Position numbers and translations under genes: made by a program. Source: Roseibacillus sp. (lineage in GTDB: Bacteria; Verrucomicrobiota; Verrucomicrobiia; Verrucomicrobiales; Akkermansiaceae). Taken from it: a stretch of 64,000 nucleotides of DNA. The stretch lies in assembly GCA_051251855.1 (NCBI GenBank), contig JBPOGI010000001.1, positions 256,001-320,000 on the forward strand, read 5' to 3'. This document shows, one piece after another, positions 1 through 9,567 of the stretch. Every line of letters begins with the position of its first letter. The stretch's first letter is position 1. A model generated the notes under the pieces. That model saw only the letters and a list, made by a program, of their open reading frames with translations, made no database searches and had not been told where the DNA came from.

Positions 1-179
1 ACGACGTCTACGTCGAGAACTTGACGCTCACGGTAAGTGCCACAGGAAGGGCACGCGATATGACCGGGGACGCGGCTACCGCACTCGGGGCACTCTTTCA
101 AAAGAGGCGCACGCCAACGGTTCGCACCACGGCGCATTTTCTGCTTCATCTTGGAGGTTCTGCGTTTTGGAGATGCCAT
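1..179 (-). CDS. rpmF: 50S ribosomal protein L32 (zinc-ribbon form), 3' end runs off the window
   Basis: Hand translation from ATG at 179: MASPKRRTSKMKQKMRRGANRWRAPLLKECPECGSRVPGHIACPSCGTYRERQVLDV; two CxxC motifs; lies downstream of yceD. Confidence 0.97.
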   Translation of the reverse strand, partial: MASPKRRTSKMKQKMRRGANRWRAPLLKECPECGSRVPGHIACPSCGTYRERQVLDVDV

Positions 180-191
180 AGTAAAAAAGAG

Positions 192-686
192 TTAGGATTC
201 GTCCGTTTGGAATGAGTCTAGTGCTGACCAGCGACTGTCTGCTTCCTCGCGGGGCGCAGGGTCTACATCATCCGAATGGACTTTGTCCACTGCTAAATAA
301 AGAGGATCGATTTCGCATTTCTGCAAGGTGTCAGCAATATCGCAAGTGGGATGGTGCGGAATCTCCAGCAAAAGCTCTTCCCGTAAGGCTTCGGTGGCAT
401 CGACCTCTCCGAAATTGCCTACTTCGATAGCAACAGCAGCTTGAGGTAAAGAGAGCGTTTTTGTGAAGGGGTGGAGGGTGCGAACGCATTCAAATTCGAA
501 AGGGCATGACAAAGAGCCTTGGAGGAGAACTTCGCCTTCGAAGCGCTGTACGTTCAGCTCGAATGCCAAAGGCCCCTTGGGTTGAGGATCCTGCTCCCTG
601 AGCTCGAAAATTGAAGGATCGAGCTCACCCTTAACTACTTTTCCATCTTCAGGCAGGTCGCCTAGGTCGATAATCAGCTTGTTCAT
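192..686 (-). CDS. yceD: YceD/DUF177 family protein
   Basis: ECVRTL, LREELLLEIP and DSRWSALD motifs; classic position upstream of rpmF. Confidence 0.9.
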   Translation of the reverse strand: MNKLIIDLGDLPEDGKVVKGELDPSIFELREQDPQPKGPLAFELNVQRFEGEVLLQGSLSCPFEFECVRTLHPFTKTLSLPQAAVAIEVGNFGEVDATEALREELLLEIPHHPTCDIADTLQKCEIDPLYLAVDKVHSDDVDPAPREEADSRWSALDSFQTDES

Positions 687-735
687 GGAGAAGATTGTAG
701 ATTGAAAGAGCGCCTTTGGGTATGGAAATGACGTC

Positions 736-1320
736 GTGGCGCGAATTCCCCCTGATGTTTTACTTGGAGCGTATGCTCAAGGTGTTTTTCCGATGGCGGA
801 GGACGGGGAGATTTATTGGTTTTCTCCTGAGAAGCGTGGCTTGATTCCTGTCGATGAGCGTTTTCATATTTCTCGAGGTCTGCGCAAAGCGCTCCGTAAA
901 AATCCCTTCGAAGTGAAGCGAGATACGGCCTTCCAAGAGGTAATGGAAGGGTGTGCGGAGCGATCTGAAACTTGGATCGATGGCAAAATTGTGGAAAGCT
1001 ACTGCGAGCTGTTTGAGCTGGGATTTGCTCATAGTTTCGAGAGTTGGGATGATGAGGGCCTGCAAGGGGGGCTCTATGGAGTGCGGATTGGCGGGGTTTT
1101 CTTTGGGGAATCGATGTTTAGCCGTAAAGCTGAAGCGAGTAAGATTGCGCTGGTTCATCTTGTGGACTGGATGAGGGGTGAGGGGATGGTTCTATTAGAT
1201 ACGCAATGGCTGACCGAGCATCTCAAGCAGTTTGGAGGCTACGAGATTCCCCGTGGAGTGTATTTGGAGCTTCTAAGGGAGGCTATTGATGGCTTTGGAG
1301 AGGTTGCCGATGAGAGCTAG
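736..1320 (+). CDS. aat: Leucyl/phenylalanyl-tRNA--protein transferase
   Basis: AYAQGVFPM, GGLYGV, FFGESMFS, ASKIAL, LLDTQW motifs. Confidence 0.96.
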   Translation: MARIPPDVLLGAYAQGVFPMAEDGEIYWFSPEKRGLIPVDERFHISRGLRKALRKNPFEVKRDTAFQEVMEGCAERSETWIDGKIVESYCELFELGFAHSFESWDDEGLQGGLYGVRIGGVFFGESMFSRKAEASKIALVHLVDWMRGEGMVLLDTQWLTEHLKQFGGYEIPRGVYLELLREAIDGFGEVADES

Positions 1321-1466
1321 AGAGTGAATGCCCTTTCGGCCTCGGTGTTTCTTTCATTCCAGGTACTTTGGGAGAATAGATTGAAAAGGTGAAAACTCGT
1401 CTCGGTTTTGTCTTTACAGCTTGGCCGTGAGAAGTAGTCTCGCCGCCCCTCGCAGGGAAAATTCTC

Positions 1467-1631
1467 ATGAAAGTTCTTAGTTCTTTGGCTTCAATGAAGC
1501 GCCGCCACGCAGGATGTCAGGTTGTTAAACGCAAAGGCACCCTTTACGTGATTAATAAAACCGACCCCAAGTTCAAGGCTCGCCAAGGCACCACTAAAGG
1601 TACCAAGCTTTCCAAGAAGGGCGTCAAGTAA
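1467..1631 (+). CDS. ykgO: 50S ribosomal protein L36, type B (zinc-free, YkgO-like), 54 aa
   Basis: Hand translation [54 protein letters not shown]; too short for the ORF track. Confidence 0.95.
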   Translation: MKVLSSLASMKRRHAGCQVVKRKGTLYVINKTDPKFKARQGTTKGTKLSKKGVK

Positions 1632-1654
1632 GAGCTCCTTCTGCTCATTTTTTT

Positions 1655-1683
1655 AAAAGCGGCCTATATGGTCGCTTTTTTTG
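1655..1683 (+). terminator. Rho-independent terminator after L36
   Basis: AAAAGCGGCC-TATAT-GGTCGCTTTT hairpin followed by a T run. Confidence 0.8.
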
Positions 1684-1764
1684 TGCTTTTTACGGCGTTC
1701 AAAATACTTCTGTCATAAAACTTCTTGATTAAGGTATCTAAATCATATACTTTTCTAAAAAGTT

Positions 1765-2595
1765 ATGAAGACCGAAAGATTTGTCCGTTCCCGTTCACTC
1801 ACGTTCTCCCGTGCCATTGCTTTGTCATGGCTTTGTTCGGAAGTTGCGATATCTGCGCCAGTGGATTCCGAAATCGTTATTTTAGTTGATGGGCAGACCT
1901 TCTCGCAAGCGAGTTTCGATCTGATGCTTGATGGGGTAGCTGATGCGTTCGAGCAGCAGTCTTTCATTGATAGTGTCACTGGAGGGCCTTACGGGTCTAT
2001 CGCGGCTTCTGTGATGGTTTTTACTGGCGGAGGGTCTTACACGGCGATTCCTTGGATGGAGATGTCGAGTGCGGGAGATCTTCAGGCTTTTAGTTCATCT
2101 GTTCGAAATGTGGCTGCGCCGGCTTCGTTCGGCCTCATTAGCTATGTCGATGCGATTGCTGCCGGTGCTGCTTCCATTGCTAATTCGACCGCGGAGGGAG
2201 TCATTAAGCAGATGACGATTATTGAAGATGGAGGTTATTTTTTCTTTAGCGATACGGGCGCAGAGATTCAGGCTGCTAGGGATTCCGCTCTAGCGAGTGG
2301 GGTCGATGTTATCAATTCCGTGGTCTATAACTCAGACGGCCGCGAAGATGTGATTCAGGACTACTACGATGCCAATGTGGTGAGTGGTGGACCAAATGGG
2401 CAGGCCAATGTCATTGGTGGATCGTCTTTCGGAGCGCCCGGTGGCGCCTTGGGTGAAGCCATCCAAGAAAGTATCGGAGAGACTGTTAGTCAGCCGACCA
2501 TTGACTCTAACAATCTGGCTGCGGTGCCTGAGCCCAGTGTGGCTCTTTTGGGTGCAATGTCTGGGCTTGCGCTGTTAGTGCGTCGTCGACGTTAG
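1765..2595 (+). CDS. DUF1194 (VWA-like) domain PEP-CTERM surface protein
   Basis: Signal peptide; PVDSEIVILVD start of a VWA-like fold; C-terminal VPEPS + hydrophobic helix + RRRR. Confidence 0.8.
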   Translation: MKTERFVRSRSLTFSRAIALSWLCSEVAISAPVDSEIVILVDGQTFSQASFDLMLDGVADAFEQQSFIDSVTGGPYGSIAASVMVFTGGGSYTAIPWMEMSSAGDLQAFSSSVRNVAAPASFGLISYVDAIAAGAASIANSTAEGVIKQMTIIEDGGYFFFSDTGAEIQAARDSALASGVDVINSVVYNSDGREDVIQDYYDANVVSGGPNGQANVIGGSSFGAPGGALGEAIQESIGETVSQPTIDSNNLAAVPEPSVALLGAMSGLALLVRRRR

Positions 2596-4001
2596 TTCTC
2601 TTGCTTGTAGCTCTTGCGTAAGTGAGAGGGCAAGATGTTGAGTTGCTCGCGATACTTGGCCACTGTGCGGCGGGCAACTTTGATGCCTTGGGACTTGAGG
2701 GCTTTCTCAATCGCTGAGTCGGAGAGGGGTTTGAGATGGTTCTCGTTTGCCACGATGTCTTGGATGGCTTGACGAACTCCTGCGTTGGAGACATCGGCTC
2801 CACTTGAAGTGTGGTAGCCTGTGGCAAAAAATTTGCGCATCTCGATGATGCCATGAGGGGTCTCGATGTATTTTCCGGCGACGGCTCTTGAGACGGTGGT
2901 GGGATGAACGCCAATGGTATCAGCGACATCGTTCATGGTGAGCGGTCGGAGGTGGCGTGAGCCTTTGTCGAGGAAGTCGGGCTGATGCTTAATGATTTCA
3001 GCGGTGATGGCGATGATGGTGTCTTGCCGTTGGTCGAGGGCTCGGATGAGTACGCGGCCGTCGCGAATTTGATCTCGTAAGTAGGAACGCACCTTCTTGT
3101 CGGGAGTGCTGGAGAGCATGTCCTTGTAGGTGTCGGCGATTCGAAGGCGAGGAAGGTTTTCGTTGGTGGATTGTGCGACCCATTGGCCTTCGTCCCATGT
3201 GATTCGGGCGTCGGCGCTGATGATAGGGTTGCGGGTGCCGTCGAAGATAGCGCCAGGGGAGGGGTCAAGGGCTGCGATGTGTTCGGCTGCTCTGGCAATG
3301 TGATCGACGGTGACCTTCATTGAGCGAGCGATCTGTGGAAATTGTTTGCGAGCGAGGCCGTCGAGGTGGCTGGAGATCAGGCGATGCTCGAGGGAGTCGG
3401 CGAGGCCTAGGCGTTCCAGTTGAAGTAGAAGAGAGTCTTGGAGGTTGCGGGCGGCGATGCCTGGAGGATCGAGGGTGTGAAGGAGGGCGAGGGCTTCTTC
3501 GAGAAGTTCGCTAGGTATTTCCAAGCGGGCAGCGAGTTCTTCAAGTGGTTCGGTGAAAAATCCACGATCATCTAAGTTTCCGATGAGGGCCATGCAGGTC
3601 AATCTGAGCTGCTCAGGGAGGGCGGATTCTTCGACTTGATTGGTGAGGTGGCTTGCCAGCGATTGGGGAGCTACGAGAGAATTGTAGAGGAACTCGCGGC
3701 GTTCTTCGGAGTCAGGGTTACTTCCAAGGGCGCGGCTTTCCATGATTGCGAGGTCACGCAAGTCGTCGTCATAAGTGTCGTGATGCTCGTCAAAATCGTC
3801 TTCATCGGCTTCATCGAAATCGAGGTCTTCGATAGAATCACTTTCGGTGATATCCTCCAAGGTGGGGTTCACCTCGATCTGTTGGCGTAGAAGCTGCGAG
3901 AGCTCCAGTGTATTAGCTTGCAGGATCTCCAAGCTCTGGCGCATCTGAGGCGCGAGAGTTTGTGATTGGGAGAGATTTTGCGAGAGAGCTGGACCAGCCA
4001 T
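2592..4001 (-). CDS. rpoN: RNA polymerase sigma-54 factor
   Basis: Gln/Leu-rich region I, HPTTVSRAV helix-turn-helix, RpoN box ARRTVAKYRE. Confidence 0.99.
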   Translation of the reverse strand: MAGPALSQNLSQSQTLAPQMRQSLEILQANTLELSQLLRQQIEVNPTLEDITESDSIEDLDFDEADEDDFDEHHDTYDDDLRDLAIMESRALGSNPDSEERREFLYNSLVAPQSLASHLTNQVEESALPEQLRLTCMALIGNLDDRGFFTEPLEELAARLEIPSELLEEALALLHTLDPPGIAARNLQDSLLLQLERLGLADSLEHRLISSHLDGLARKQFPQIARSMKVTVDHIARAAEHIAALDPSPGAIFDGTRNPIISADARITWDEGQWVAQSTNENLPRLRIADTYKDMLSSTPDKKVRSYLRDQIRDGRVLIRALDQRQDTIIAITAEIIKHQPDFLDKGSRHLRPLTMNDVADTIGVHPTTVSRAVAGKYIETPHGIIEMRKFFATGYHTSSGADVSNAGVRQAIQDIVANENHLKPLSDSAIEKALKSQGIKVARRTVAKYREQLNILPSHLRKSYKQEN

Positions 4002-4051
4002 GACGGTTAGGAGTGTTACCCTAAAAGTCGGGGAAGGCTAGAATTTTTATA

Positions 4052-4068
4052 AGCAGTTTTTATGCCAA
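4052..4068 (-). promoter_or_regulatory. Candidate sigma-54 -24/-12 site upstream of rpoN
   Basis: Minus strand TTGGCATAAAAACTGCT: GG-N10-GC with TGGCA core, about 50 bp before the rpoN ATG. Confidence 0.7.
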
Positions 4069-4108
4069 ACGAGAAATTGTTGTTTGACTTTGATTTGAAA
4101 TTGGGGAG

Positions 4109-4615
4109 CTAGACGTTGAAATCCTCGTGAACAGGGTCTTGTAGCTGGACTTCGGTGATGACCCATTGCCCGCCCTTTTTCTTCCAAAGCAGCCGAACTG
4201 GCATTGTTTGAGGGTAGGAAACATTGTCTCGTAGGATTATATCCAGTTGGATAGTGGCGTCCATTTCGGCCTGATCTGCTGCCTGAAGCTTCACGAAAAA
4301 ATCGCCTGTTCTTTTCGCTTGAGAGCTCTTCGCGGCAGTGCGGAACTTGATGAGATAGAGTTCACGCATCTCAGCGGGGCTGACCGTTCCAGAAATGATG
4401 GAGTTTCCCGAACCCGAGAATTCGACTTCGGATGCAAAATGAGCAGCAAACTTGTCAGCTTCTTTGTCCATGTCGGCTAGGCTAATGGTTCCAAAGCTGA
4501 GAGTTCCCAAAAGGGATTCGAGTCTTCGCTCTAGAACTTTAGGCGCGGAAAAGTAGTAGTAGGCGAATCCGGCTAATCCTAAAATCGCCATAAGTAGAAA
4601 CAGAAACTTCTTCAT
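4109..4615 (-). CDS. Membrane-anchored hypothetical protein, NTF2/SnoaL-like fold possible
   Basis: N-terminal TM helix after MKKF; C-terminal WKKKGGQWVI pattern seen in NTF2-like folds. Confidence 0.55.
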   Translation of the reverse strand: MKKFLFLLMAILGLAGFAYYYFSAPKVLERRLESLLGTLSFGTISLADMDKEADKFAAHFASEVEFSGSGNSIISGTVSPAEMRELYLIKFRTAAKSSQAKRTGDFFVKLQAADQAEMDATIQLDIILRDNVSYPQTMPVRLLWKKKGGQWVITEVQLQDPVHEDFNV

Positions 4616-4678
4616 ACCAAAGATGTTCGAGGAAAGAGGTCTCCGGAGCAAACGGAATCGTTCGAAACCGCGGAGGGT

Positions 4679-5140
4679 TTAACGTCGGCCCAGCGGATCG
4701 GAGCCGTGGAGGTTGGGGCCGGGCGTTCCTACCAAGCATCCGCATTCAATTATCACCCAGATGCCCCCCACGAAGGGGATGAAGTGGAGGGCTGCCATCC
4801 ACCCGCTCTTCCCTCGGTCATGAAAGCGTTTGGCGGTGGCCGCGAGGCAGACCCACAGGGCGAGCACGCAGAAGGCAAGAATGAGAAGGGCTAGGATTGT
4901 AACCGTTGGGATGTGGGCGGTAGTTCCCGATTGCTCCGCCACAATTATCATGAAGATGATGATGAGGTAGGGGGGGGTCATCCCTGTCGATATTAAGGAG
5001 CCGATCCCGAGGCCGTAGCCCCAGTAATGGGAGCGGCTAAAGCGACCCTTAAAGCTGAAGAGCCTTTGTCTCAGGGTGGGAGGGTTGGCGTTTTGGAGGC
5101 TGAATTGAGCGACGGGGGCTTGATGGAGATTGTCAGGCAT
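4679..5140 (-). CDS. DUF805 (YhaH-like) membrane protein
   Basis: FSFKGRFSRSHYW, KRFHDRGKSGW, GTPGPNLHG motifs. Confidence 0.9.
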   Translation of the reverse strand: MPDNLHQAPVAQFSLQNANPPTLRQRLFSFKGRFSRSHYWGYGLGIGSLISTGMTPPYLIIIFMIIVAEQSGTTAHIPTVTILALLILAFCVLALWVCLAATAKRFHDRGKSGWMAALHFIPFVGGIWVIIECGCLVGTPGPNLHGSDPLGRR

Positions 5141-5224
5141 CGCTTTGGTGATTGATAGCGTTAGGGTGATAGATGATTCTCTCGGAGTTGTAAAACTTGT
5201 TGAAACTCCGCCTATTCACCGAAA

Positions 5225-5944
5225 ATGACTGCTCTCTCCAAACTCGATAACCGTCGCGAGATCGAGTTGGCGGAGGGGGTGCATATTCACTTGCGGCCCG
5301 CAGGGCTGTTTCCGCGAATGTTGGCACGCATGATTGATATGACGATTTGGGTGACGGTCTATCTGGTTGTTCTGATGGCTCTCTCTCTGACGAGCTGGAT
5401 CGTGGGTGGGGAGGCGTCGCAGGGGCTCTCGCTTTTGCTGACCTTTGTGATGGTGTGGTTCTATGATCCGTTTTTTGAGGCGAGCAAAGCTTCGGCCACT
5501 CCTGGGAAAAGGGCGCTTAAGTTGAAGGTGGTGCAGCGTTCTGGTGCGCCGGTTGGTTTTGCCTCTGGTTTTTTACGATGTCTCTTGTTTTGGATTGATA
5601 TCCTGCCGGGGTTTGGATCGGTGGGGGCGGTGTCGATTTTGGCGTCGGGTAACTCTCAGCGGTTGGGAGATATGGTGGCGGATACCCTCGTGGTGTACCG
5701 CAGTCCTTCGGTGGTTGATGAGGTGGATTCAATTCCATCGCCTCCGGTTCGACCGGGTCTTCTCTTACAACGTGAGGAGCAATTGGCTTTTATTGGATAC
5801 GCGGATCGTTATCAGCGGTTGAGTCCAGCGCGTCAGAGCGAAGTGACCGCTCCTTTGGTTGCCTTGGATGCGGCTCAGAAGTCGCCGAACACGTCGTTGT
5901 TTGCTCTCGGAGTCGCGCGCTGGTTGTCGCAGAACGAAAAATGA
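5225..5944 (+). CDS. RDD family membrane protein
   Basis: R..A..ID, TPGKRALKLKVV, QRLGDMVADTLVV motifs. Confidence 0.9.
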   Translation: MTALSKLDNRREIELAEGVHIHLRPAGLFPRMLARMIDMTIWVTVYLVVLMALSLTSWIVGGEASQGLSLLLTFVMVWFYDPFFEASKASATPGKRALKLKVVQRSGAPVGFASGFLRCLLFWIDILPGFGSVGAVSILASGNSQRLGDMVADTLVVYRSPSVVDEVDSIPSPPVRPGLLLQREEQLAFIGYADRYQRLSPARQSEVTAPLVALDAAQKSPNTSLFALGVARWLSQNEK

Positions 5945-6915
5945 TCTCGCGTAAACAATTTCAAGAGATGAACAAGGCTCGCTGGGAGGAAAGCGAGTCT
6001 CAGATTGCGCGTTTGGATGGCAAGGGCTCATTGTCGCCGGAGGAGGCGCGAGCATTGCCGTCGAATTTTCGTAAAGTTTGTCAGGACTTGGGGCTGTCGG
6101 GGGAGCGACTGTATGGGATGACGCTGTCGAGTCGTCTCAATAGCTTGGTGATGGGGGGCTTTCGGCATCTCCATCGCAGTCGTGCGCGCTTGCAGCCGGT
6201 TCGATTTTTGACGCGGACGTTTCCGGGGGCTTTTAAGCACAATCTGGGGCTCTTTTGGATCAGTGTGGTGCTCTTTTGGTTGCCTTTCTTTCTCTTGGCG
6301 TTTTCGGGGCAGTGGGGCCTGACGTGGATTCAAGCGATTTTAGGTCCGGAGGGAATGCAGGGGATGGATGCAATGTATGGAAAGGACGGCGATGCTCTCA
6401 AGCATGGTCGAGCGACTCATGGTAGTGACTTCATGATGTTCGCGTTTTATATCCAAAACAACGTGAGCATCGATTTTCGCACCTTTGCGGGTGGGATTTT
6501 GTATGGGGTGGGGACTTTGTTTTTTACAGTTTTCAATGGCCTTCATATTGGTTCAGCAGCTGGTTATGTGCAGGCGACGGGGGATCCGATGAAATTTTGG
6601 ACTTTCGTGTCGGGGCATTCGGCATTCGAGTTAGTGGGGTTGCATATTTCTTCAATGGCTGGGCTCCGCTTGGGGTGGGGGATGATTCGTCCCGGGCAGC
6701 TAACGCGGATGGCGGCGTTGGTGAAGAATGCGCGTGAGGCTTTGGTTTTGTTGGGAGGAGCAGCGGTGTTGACCTTTTTTGCGGCCTTTATCGAAGGGTT
6801 CTGGTCGGCGCATCCCAATCCACCAACGCTGAAGTTTGCGGTGGGTGCTTTCTTTTGGGGGCTCACGATTGTTTACCTGATGTCGGGGAGAAAGGAGTGG
6901 TATGAACGTCCGTGA
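5941..6915 (+). CDS. SpoIIM/DUF95 family membrane protein
   Basis: YIQNN, FNG, HSAFEL, AAFIEGF motifs; ATGA overlap with the RDD gene. Confidence 0.88.
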   Translation: MISRKQFQEMNKARWEESESQIARLDGKGSLSPEEARALPSNFRKVCQDLGLSGERLYGMTLSSRLNSLVMGGFRHLHRSRARLQPVRFLTRTFPGAFKHNLGLFWISVVLFWLPFFLLAFSGQWGLTWIQAILGPEGMQGMDAMYGKDGDALKHGRATHGSDFMMFAFYIQNNVSIDFRTFAGGILYGVGTLFFTVFNGLHIGSAAGYVQATGDPMKFWTFVSGHSAFELVGLHISSMAGLRLGWGMIRPGQLTRMAALVKNAREALVLLGGAAVLTFFAAFIEGFWSAHPNPPTLKFAVGAFFWGLTIVYLMSGRKEWYERP

Positions 6916-8470
6916 CTTGAGCATTGTATTACGGCCTCGCTCCAGCTGGGAGGCGGTCGATTTGGGGACGGGTTTAGCGAAGCGATACTATCGCGACCTT
7001 TTTAGAATGGGGTTAGTTGGGTTTGGGCCTGTTTTTCTGGTGCTTGCGCTGCTGTGCTGGAAGCTGCCGCTGTTACTTCCGGTGTTGATTTGGTGGTTCA
7101 AGCCGGCTTACGATCGATTTTATCTTCACTATTTGAGTCGTCGCATTTTTGGGCAAGAGGTGACGGTGGGAGAGACGTGGGGAGAGTGGAGGCGCTTGCT
7201 GTTCAAGGGGACGTTTTCGCTGCTGACGTGGCGGCGGTTTCTAGTGAATCGCTCGATGGTGCTGGCGGTCTCTGATTTGGAGAATCTCAGCGGTTCGGCG
7301 CGAGGTGCTCGCTGTGGGGTTCTCTCCCGGGTGGGAGGGGGGACTGCGTTTCTCATTACGTGGGGCGGGTTGTTTATTGAGTTTTTGGGGCTGATGACGA
7401 TTTCAGTTTTGGTTGGTTTTTTTATCCCGCAGGGGCAGGGCGTTGAGTGGGATGCGATGATGGTTTGGTTCGGGAACGGTGGAGTGGGGCTCACCCTTCT
7501 GATCCTGTTCTTCGGATTGTTTTATGGGATGCTAGTTGTGCTTTGGGAGCCCTTTTATCTGGCAAGTGGTTTTGCGCTTTATCTCAATAGTCGCACCAGT
7601 CAGGAAGGTTGGGATATTGAGTTGCGGTTTCGTGAATTGGCGGCCCGGGTTGCTCAGACGAGAGTGAACGTGGGGAATATAAATGAGGAGGGAGGCAAGT
7701 CTCGCAAGAGCGGAGGGGCGGCCTTTGCTAGCTCGAAATCGAGTGGAGTCTTGGGGCTTTTTCTTTTGGTGGGAGCGTGTTTCTTGGCGAGTTCACTCAA
7801 GGCTGAGGATGGTTCTGAGCCTCAAGAGGTGATTCACGAGGTTCTTGCTCATGAGGACTTTGCGAATCATGTCGAGAAATACAAAGAGTGGGTGCCGAAT
7901 GAGAACAGTTGGTTAGAGCGCTTCGGCGAGTGGTTGGAGGGGGTGGGAGTCCCGCAAAGCCTTGATGGTGGCGCTGGCGCGGCGATGGGGGTGCTCTTTC
8001 AGTTAGTGGGAATTTTAGCACTCTGTCTATTGGGGGTCGTGTTGGTGGTATTGATGGTGAACCTCTTTCGTGCGCGTTCTTTGCGGGTGGGACCAGGGGA
8101 GAAGATTTTTAAGCGGCTGCCTCCTCAAGTGTTGATGGGAATGGAGGTGACGCCTGAGTCGCTGCCGGATAATCTGCTTGGCCAGGCGCGTCACTATTGG
8201 GGTGCTGGGCAAACGCACTTGGCGATGTCGTTGCTTTATCGGGGAGCTTTGACGAAGTTGATCACCGAGCAGGAGGTGCCAATTGAGGGGTCGAATACGG
8301 AGCTGGAATGTGTGGCTCAGGTAGAGTCGGCGGCGCCAGCGAATTTGGCCGCGTATTTCCAGCTGCTGTCGTTGCAATGGATGAAGGCCGCCTACTCGAA
8401 GGAGGAGGTCGAGCCGGAGTCTTTTGAGCGCTTGTGCGCGACGTGGCCATTTGAAGGGAGGGCAGAGTGA
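6902..8470 (+). CDS. DUF4129 domain membrane protein
   Basis: LRPRSSWEAVDLG, YLNSRTSQEGWDIEL, AMSLLYRGAL motifs; MoxR operon context. Confidence 0.8.
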   Translation: MNVRDLSIVLRPRSSWEAVDLGTGLAKRYYRDLFRMGLVGFGPVFLVLALLCWKLPLLLPVLIWWFKPAYDRFYLHYLSRRIFGQEVTVGETWGEWRRLLFKGTFSLLTWRRFLVNRSMVLAVSDLENLSGSARGARCGVLSRVGGGTAFLITWGGLFIEFLGLMTISVLVGFFIPQGQGVEWDAMMVWFGNGGVGLTLLILFFGLFYGMLVVLWEPFYLASGFALYLNSRTSQEGWDIELRFRELAARVAQTRVNVGNINEEGGKSRKSGGAAFASSKSSGVLGLFLLVGACFLASSLKAEDGSEPQEVIHEVLAHEDFANHVEKYKEWVPNENSWLERFGEWLEGVGVPQSLDGGAGAAMGVLFQLVGILALCLLGVVLVVLMVNLFRARSLRVGPGEKIFKRLPPQVLMGMEVTPESLPDNLLGQARHYWGAGQTHLAMSLLYRGALTKLITEQEVPIEGSNTELECVAQVESAAPANLAAYFQLLSLQWMKAAYSKEEVEPESFERLCATWPFEGRAE

Positions 8471-9567
8471 GAGTTCGGGATGTGATTTTTGTGAGCCTTT
8501 CCTTCTTGTTGGTGGGGTGTGGTAAGTTTGAGGAGAGCGAGCGAGAGGTGGGTTATCAGGGAGAGGCCAAGATGAACCATTTGCTGGGGGCCGAGAGGCT
8601 GGCGAACGAGTTGGGAATGAAGGCGTCGAGTTATGCCGGAGCGCCGTCCTTGCCTCCCGCTGCCGGAACGACCTTGATGCTGCCCGCAGAGAGTTTGCAA
8701 AGCGTGGGGCAGTTGAGCGAAATAGAGGATTGGGTTGTGGAGGGAGGGAATCTAATCGTCTATCTGACTCTCAAAAATAAACGGCTTCCAGCTTGGGATG
8801 AAGACGAAGGCGCTGAGCCTTTTCGAGCTTTTTTGGACTACTTCGCACTCGATGCACAGCAGGCCGGAGGTGAGAAAGAGGAAGGGAAAAATCGGAAGAT
8901 CTCGTCGCTGGGTTTTGAGGAAGATGACGAGTATGAGACTGATTTTGAGACCCCGTATCTCATTTTGGACGATGAGTCTCTAGATGAGGAGTTGAAGGCC
9001 TTTCATTCATACAGTTACGGAGAGGGGAACTTAACGGTTTTGGCTTCGGCGCAGTTGTTCACTAATGAGTTCATCGGGAAGGGGGAGCATGCGACTTTAT
9101 TGTGGCACTTGTTAGAAGATGGAAAAGAGGAACAGGTGTGGTTCATTCACTCGGCGCGTCTTTCTTTTACGAGGCTTCTTTGGCAGCAGGCCCCGTACGC
9201 GGTGGTAATGTTGTTAGTGACTTTAGTTTTGTTGGTTTGGTGGGCCGCGCGCGGGTTTGGGCCAAAGTTTGTGCGGGGCGCGAATCCGTCCGCGAAGTTG
9301 GACGCGCATTTGGAGGCGAGTGGTGCCTTTTTCGTGAAACACGGGGCCGATGCTTTGGTTGTTTCGCAGCTGCAGGGGAGACTGTTTCGAAGGCTGGCGC
9401 GGGCTTTGAATCAACCTCTCAATACCAAAGAAGGTGAACTTCTTTCGCTGGCGGACCAGGAAGGGCTTTTAGATGCTTCCGAGAGGGGGGCATTGATAAG
9501 CCAGCCGACGAGCAAAACACTTTTCACCACGCTACAAACTCTCAAAAATCTCGATAAAAAATTATGA
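8467..9567 (+). CDS. DUF4350 domain protein (possible lipoprotein)
   Basis: LVGC lipobox-like motif, WVVEGGNL, GEGNLTVL, C-terminal TM then RGFGP; directly upstream of MoxR. Confidence 0.75.
   Translation: MRVRDVIFVSLSFLLVGCGKFEESEREVGYQGEAKMNHLLGAERLANELGMKASSYAGAPSLPPAAGTTLMLPAESLQSVGQLSEIEDWVVEGGNLIVYLTLKNKRLPAWDEDEGAEPFRAFLDYFALDAQQAGGEKEEGKNRKISSLGFEEDDEYETDFETPYLILDDESLDEELKAFHSYSYGEGNLTVLASAQLFTNEFIGKGEHATLLWHLLEDGKEEQVWFIHSARLSFTRLLWQQAPYAVVMLLVTLVLLVWWAARGFGPKFVRGANPSAKLDAHLEASGAFFVKHGADALVVSQLQGRLFRRLARALNQPLNTKEGELLSLADQEGLLDASERGALISQPTSKTLFTTLQTLKNLDKKL

Noticed and set aside
21..215. 64 aa plus-strand ORF in the track
   Set aside because: Antisense shadow of rpmF
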